The notes beneath the pieces were generated by a model. It ran no database searches. It saw only the letters and a program-made list of their open reading frames with translations, and had not been told where the DNA came from. The position numbers and the translations under genes were made by a program. Positions 17,539-17,906 of a stretch of DNA of 17,906 nucleotides are shown here, piece after piece. Origin of the DNA: Candidatus Oleincola secundus (GTDB lineage Bacteria; Atribacterota; Phoenicimicrobiia; Phoenicimicrobiales; Stramentimicrobiaceae); assembly GCA_018400815.1 (NCBI GenBank), contig JAGYLS010000034.1, positions 1-17,906 on the forward strand. The letters are read 5' to 3'. Each line of letters opens with the position of its first letter. Position 1 is the first letter of the stretch.

Positions 17539-17569
17539 TTGACAAATAGAATTTAAAATTGTAAATTTG
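17539..17569 (+). promoter_or_regulatory. Bacteroidota-type promoter
   Basis: TTG 17539-17541 (in ACTTGAC, as at 9141), 20-nt spacer, TAAATTTG 17562-17569. Intergenic. Confidence 0.65.
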
Positions 17570-17570
17570 C

Positions 17571-17605
17571 AGGGAGATATTATACTATTAATATCTCCCT
17601 TTTTT
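17571..17605 (+). terminator. Rho-independent terminator
   Basis: Perfect 12-bp stem AGGGAGATATTA(17571-17582)/TAATATCTCCCT(17589-17600), 6-nt loop, followed by a T run. Confidence 0.8.
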
Positions 17606-17620
17606 AATAAATTTAAACAT

Positions 17621-17893
17621 ATGAATTTAGAACAATTATTCAATAAAAAGTTTGCATTCCTTAGAGATTCTTTAATTGCAAGAAGCTGTAAACTTATCAC
17701 TCCTTCTGATACAGAATTACTTAGTGGGGAAGGATTTATAATGGTACTTGGAGATTCTGGAAATGTAAAAGTCCAAACTTCTGCTGGAGATATTGTAACA
17801 ATATCTTTAGACACAAAAGAGATAATCCCCCTTGTAGTTAAAAAAGTATTTTCCACAGGAACAGATGCTACTAATATATATCTTTTAAAATAA
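17621..17893 (+). CDS. Small beta-rich protein resembling the head-spike base family (RcGTA Rcc01079-like), 90 aa
   Basis: ITPSDT..L, GNVKVQTSAGDIVT and PLVVKKVFSTGTDATNI match my recollection of that family. Start moved to ATG 17621 because TTG 17567 lies in the promoter box, upstream of the terminator. Confidence 0.65.
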   Translation: MNLEQLFNKKFAFLRDSLIARSCKLITPSDTELLSGEGFIMVLGDSGNVKVQTSAGDIVTISLDTKEIIPLVVKKVFSTGTDATNIYLLK

Positions 17894-17906
17894 AAAAAAT
17901 GAGCAA

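Noticed and set aside
848..17856. Minus-strand ORFs in the track (e.g. 848-1033, 3812-4009, 9191-9541, 13278-13547, 15463-15771, 17515-17856)
   Set aside because: They are antisense shadows of well-supported + strand genes, with S/L/I/F-rich composition and no motifs.
17899..17906. Start of a further CDS (ATG AGC AA)
   Set aside because: Only 8 nt are in the window, too little to annotate.

Overview
AT-rich, gene-dense window with all credible genes on the + strand. It is the virion morphogenesis module of a crAss-like (Crassvirales-type) phage. Gene order: partial Zn-ribbon gene, phage adenine methyltransferase, GroES-like co-chaperonin, three small hypotheticals, large terminase with a LAGLIDADG intein in its Walker A loop, portal (3' end broken by about three clustered frameshifts), an unknown 388-aa gene, acidic scaffold-like protein, major capsid protein, conserved post-capsid gene, four paralogous tail-ring-like genes, an auxiliary-capsid-like protein and a small spike-base-like gene. 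Three TTG-N20/21-TAnnTTTG promoters point to a Bacteroidota host. The main oddity is that the third ring paralog is split into two separately translated genes, with a WSD-repeat tail and a 103-aa gene between the halves. Also notable are an Asp-initiated class-3-type intein, an AAGAAGAAGAG-NN-ATG leader shared by three probable head-assembly genes, and an AGCTATA box at fixed distance upstream of two promoters. All family calls come from motif recognition and synteny by eye; no searches were run.
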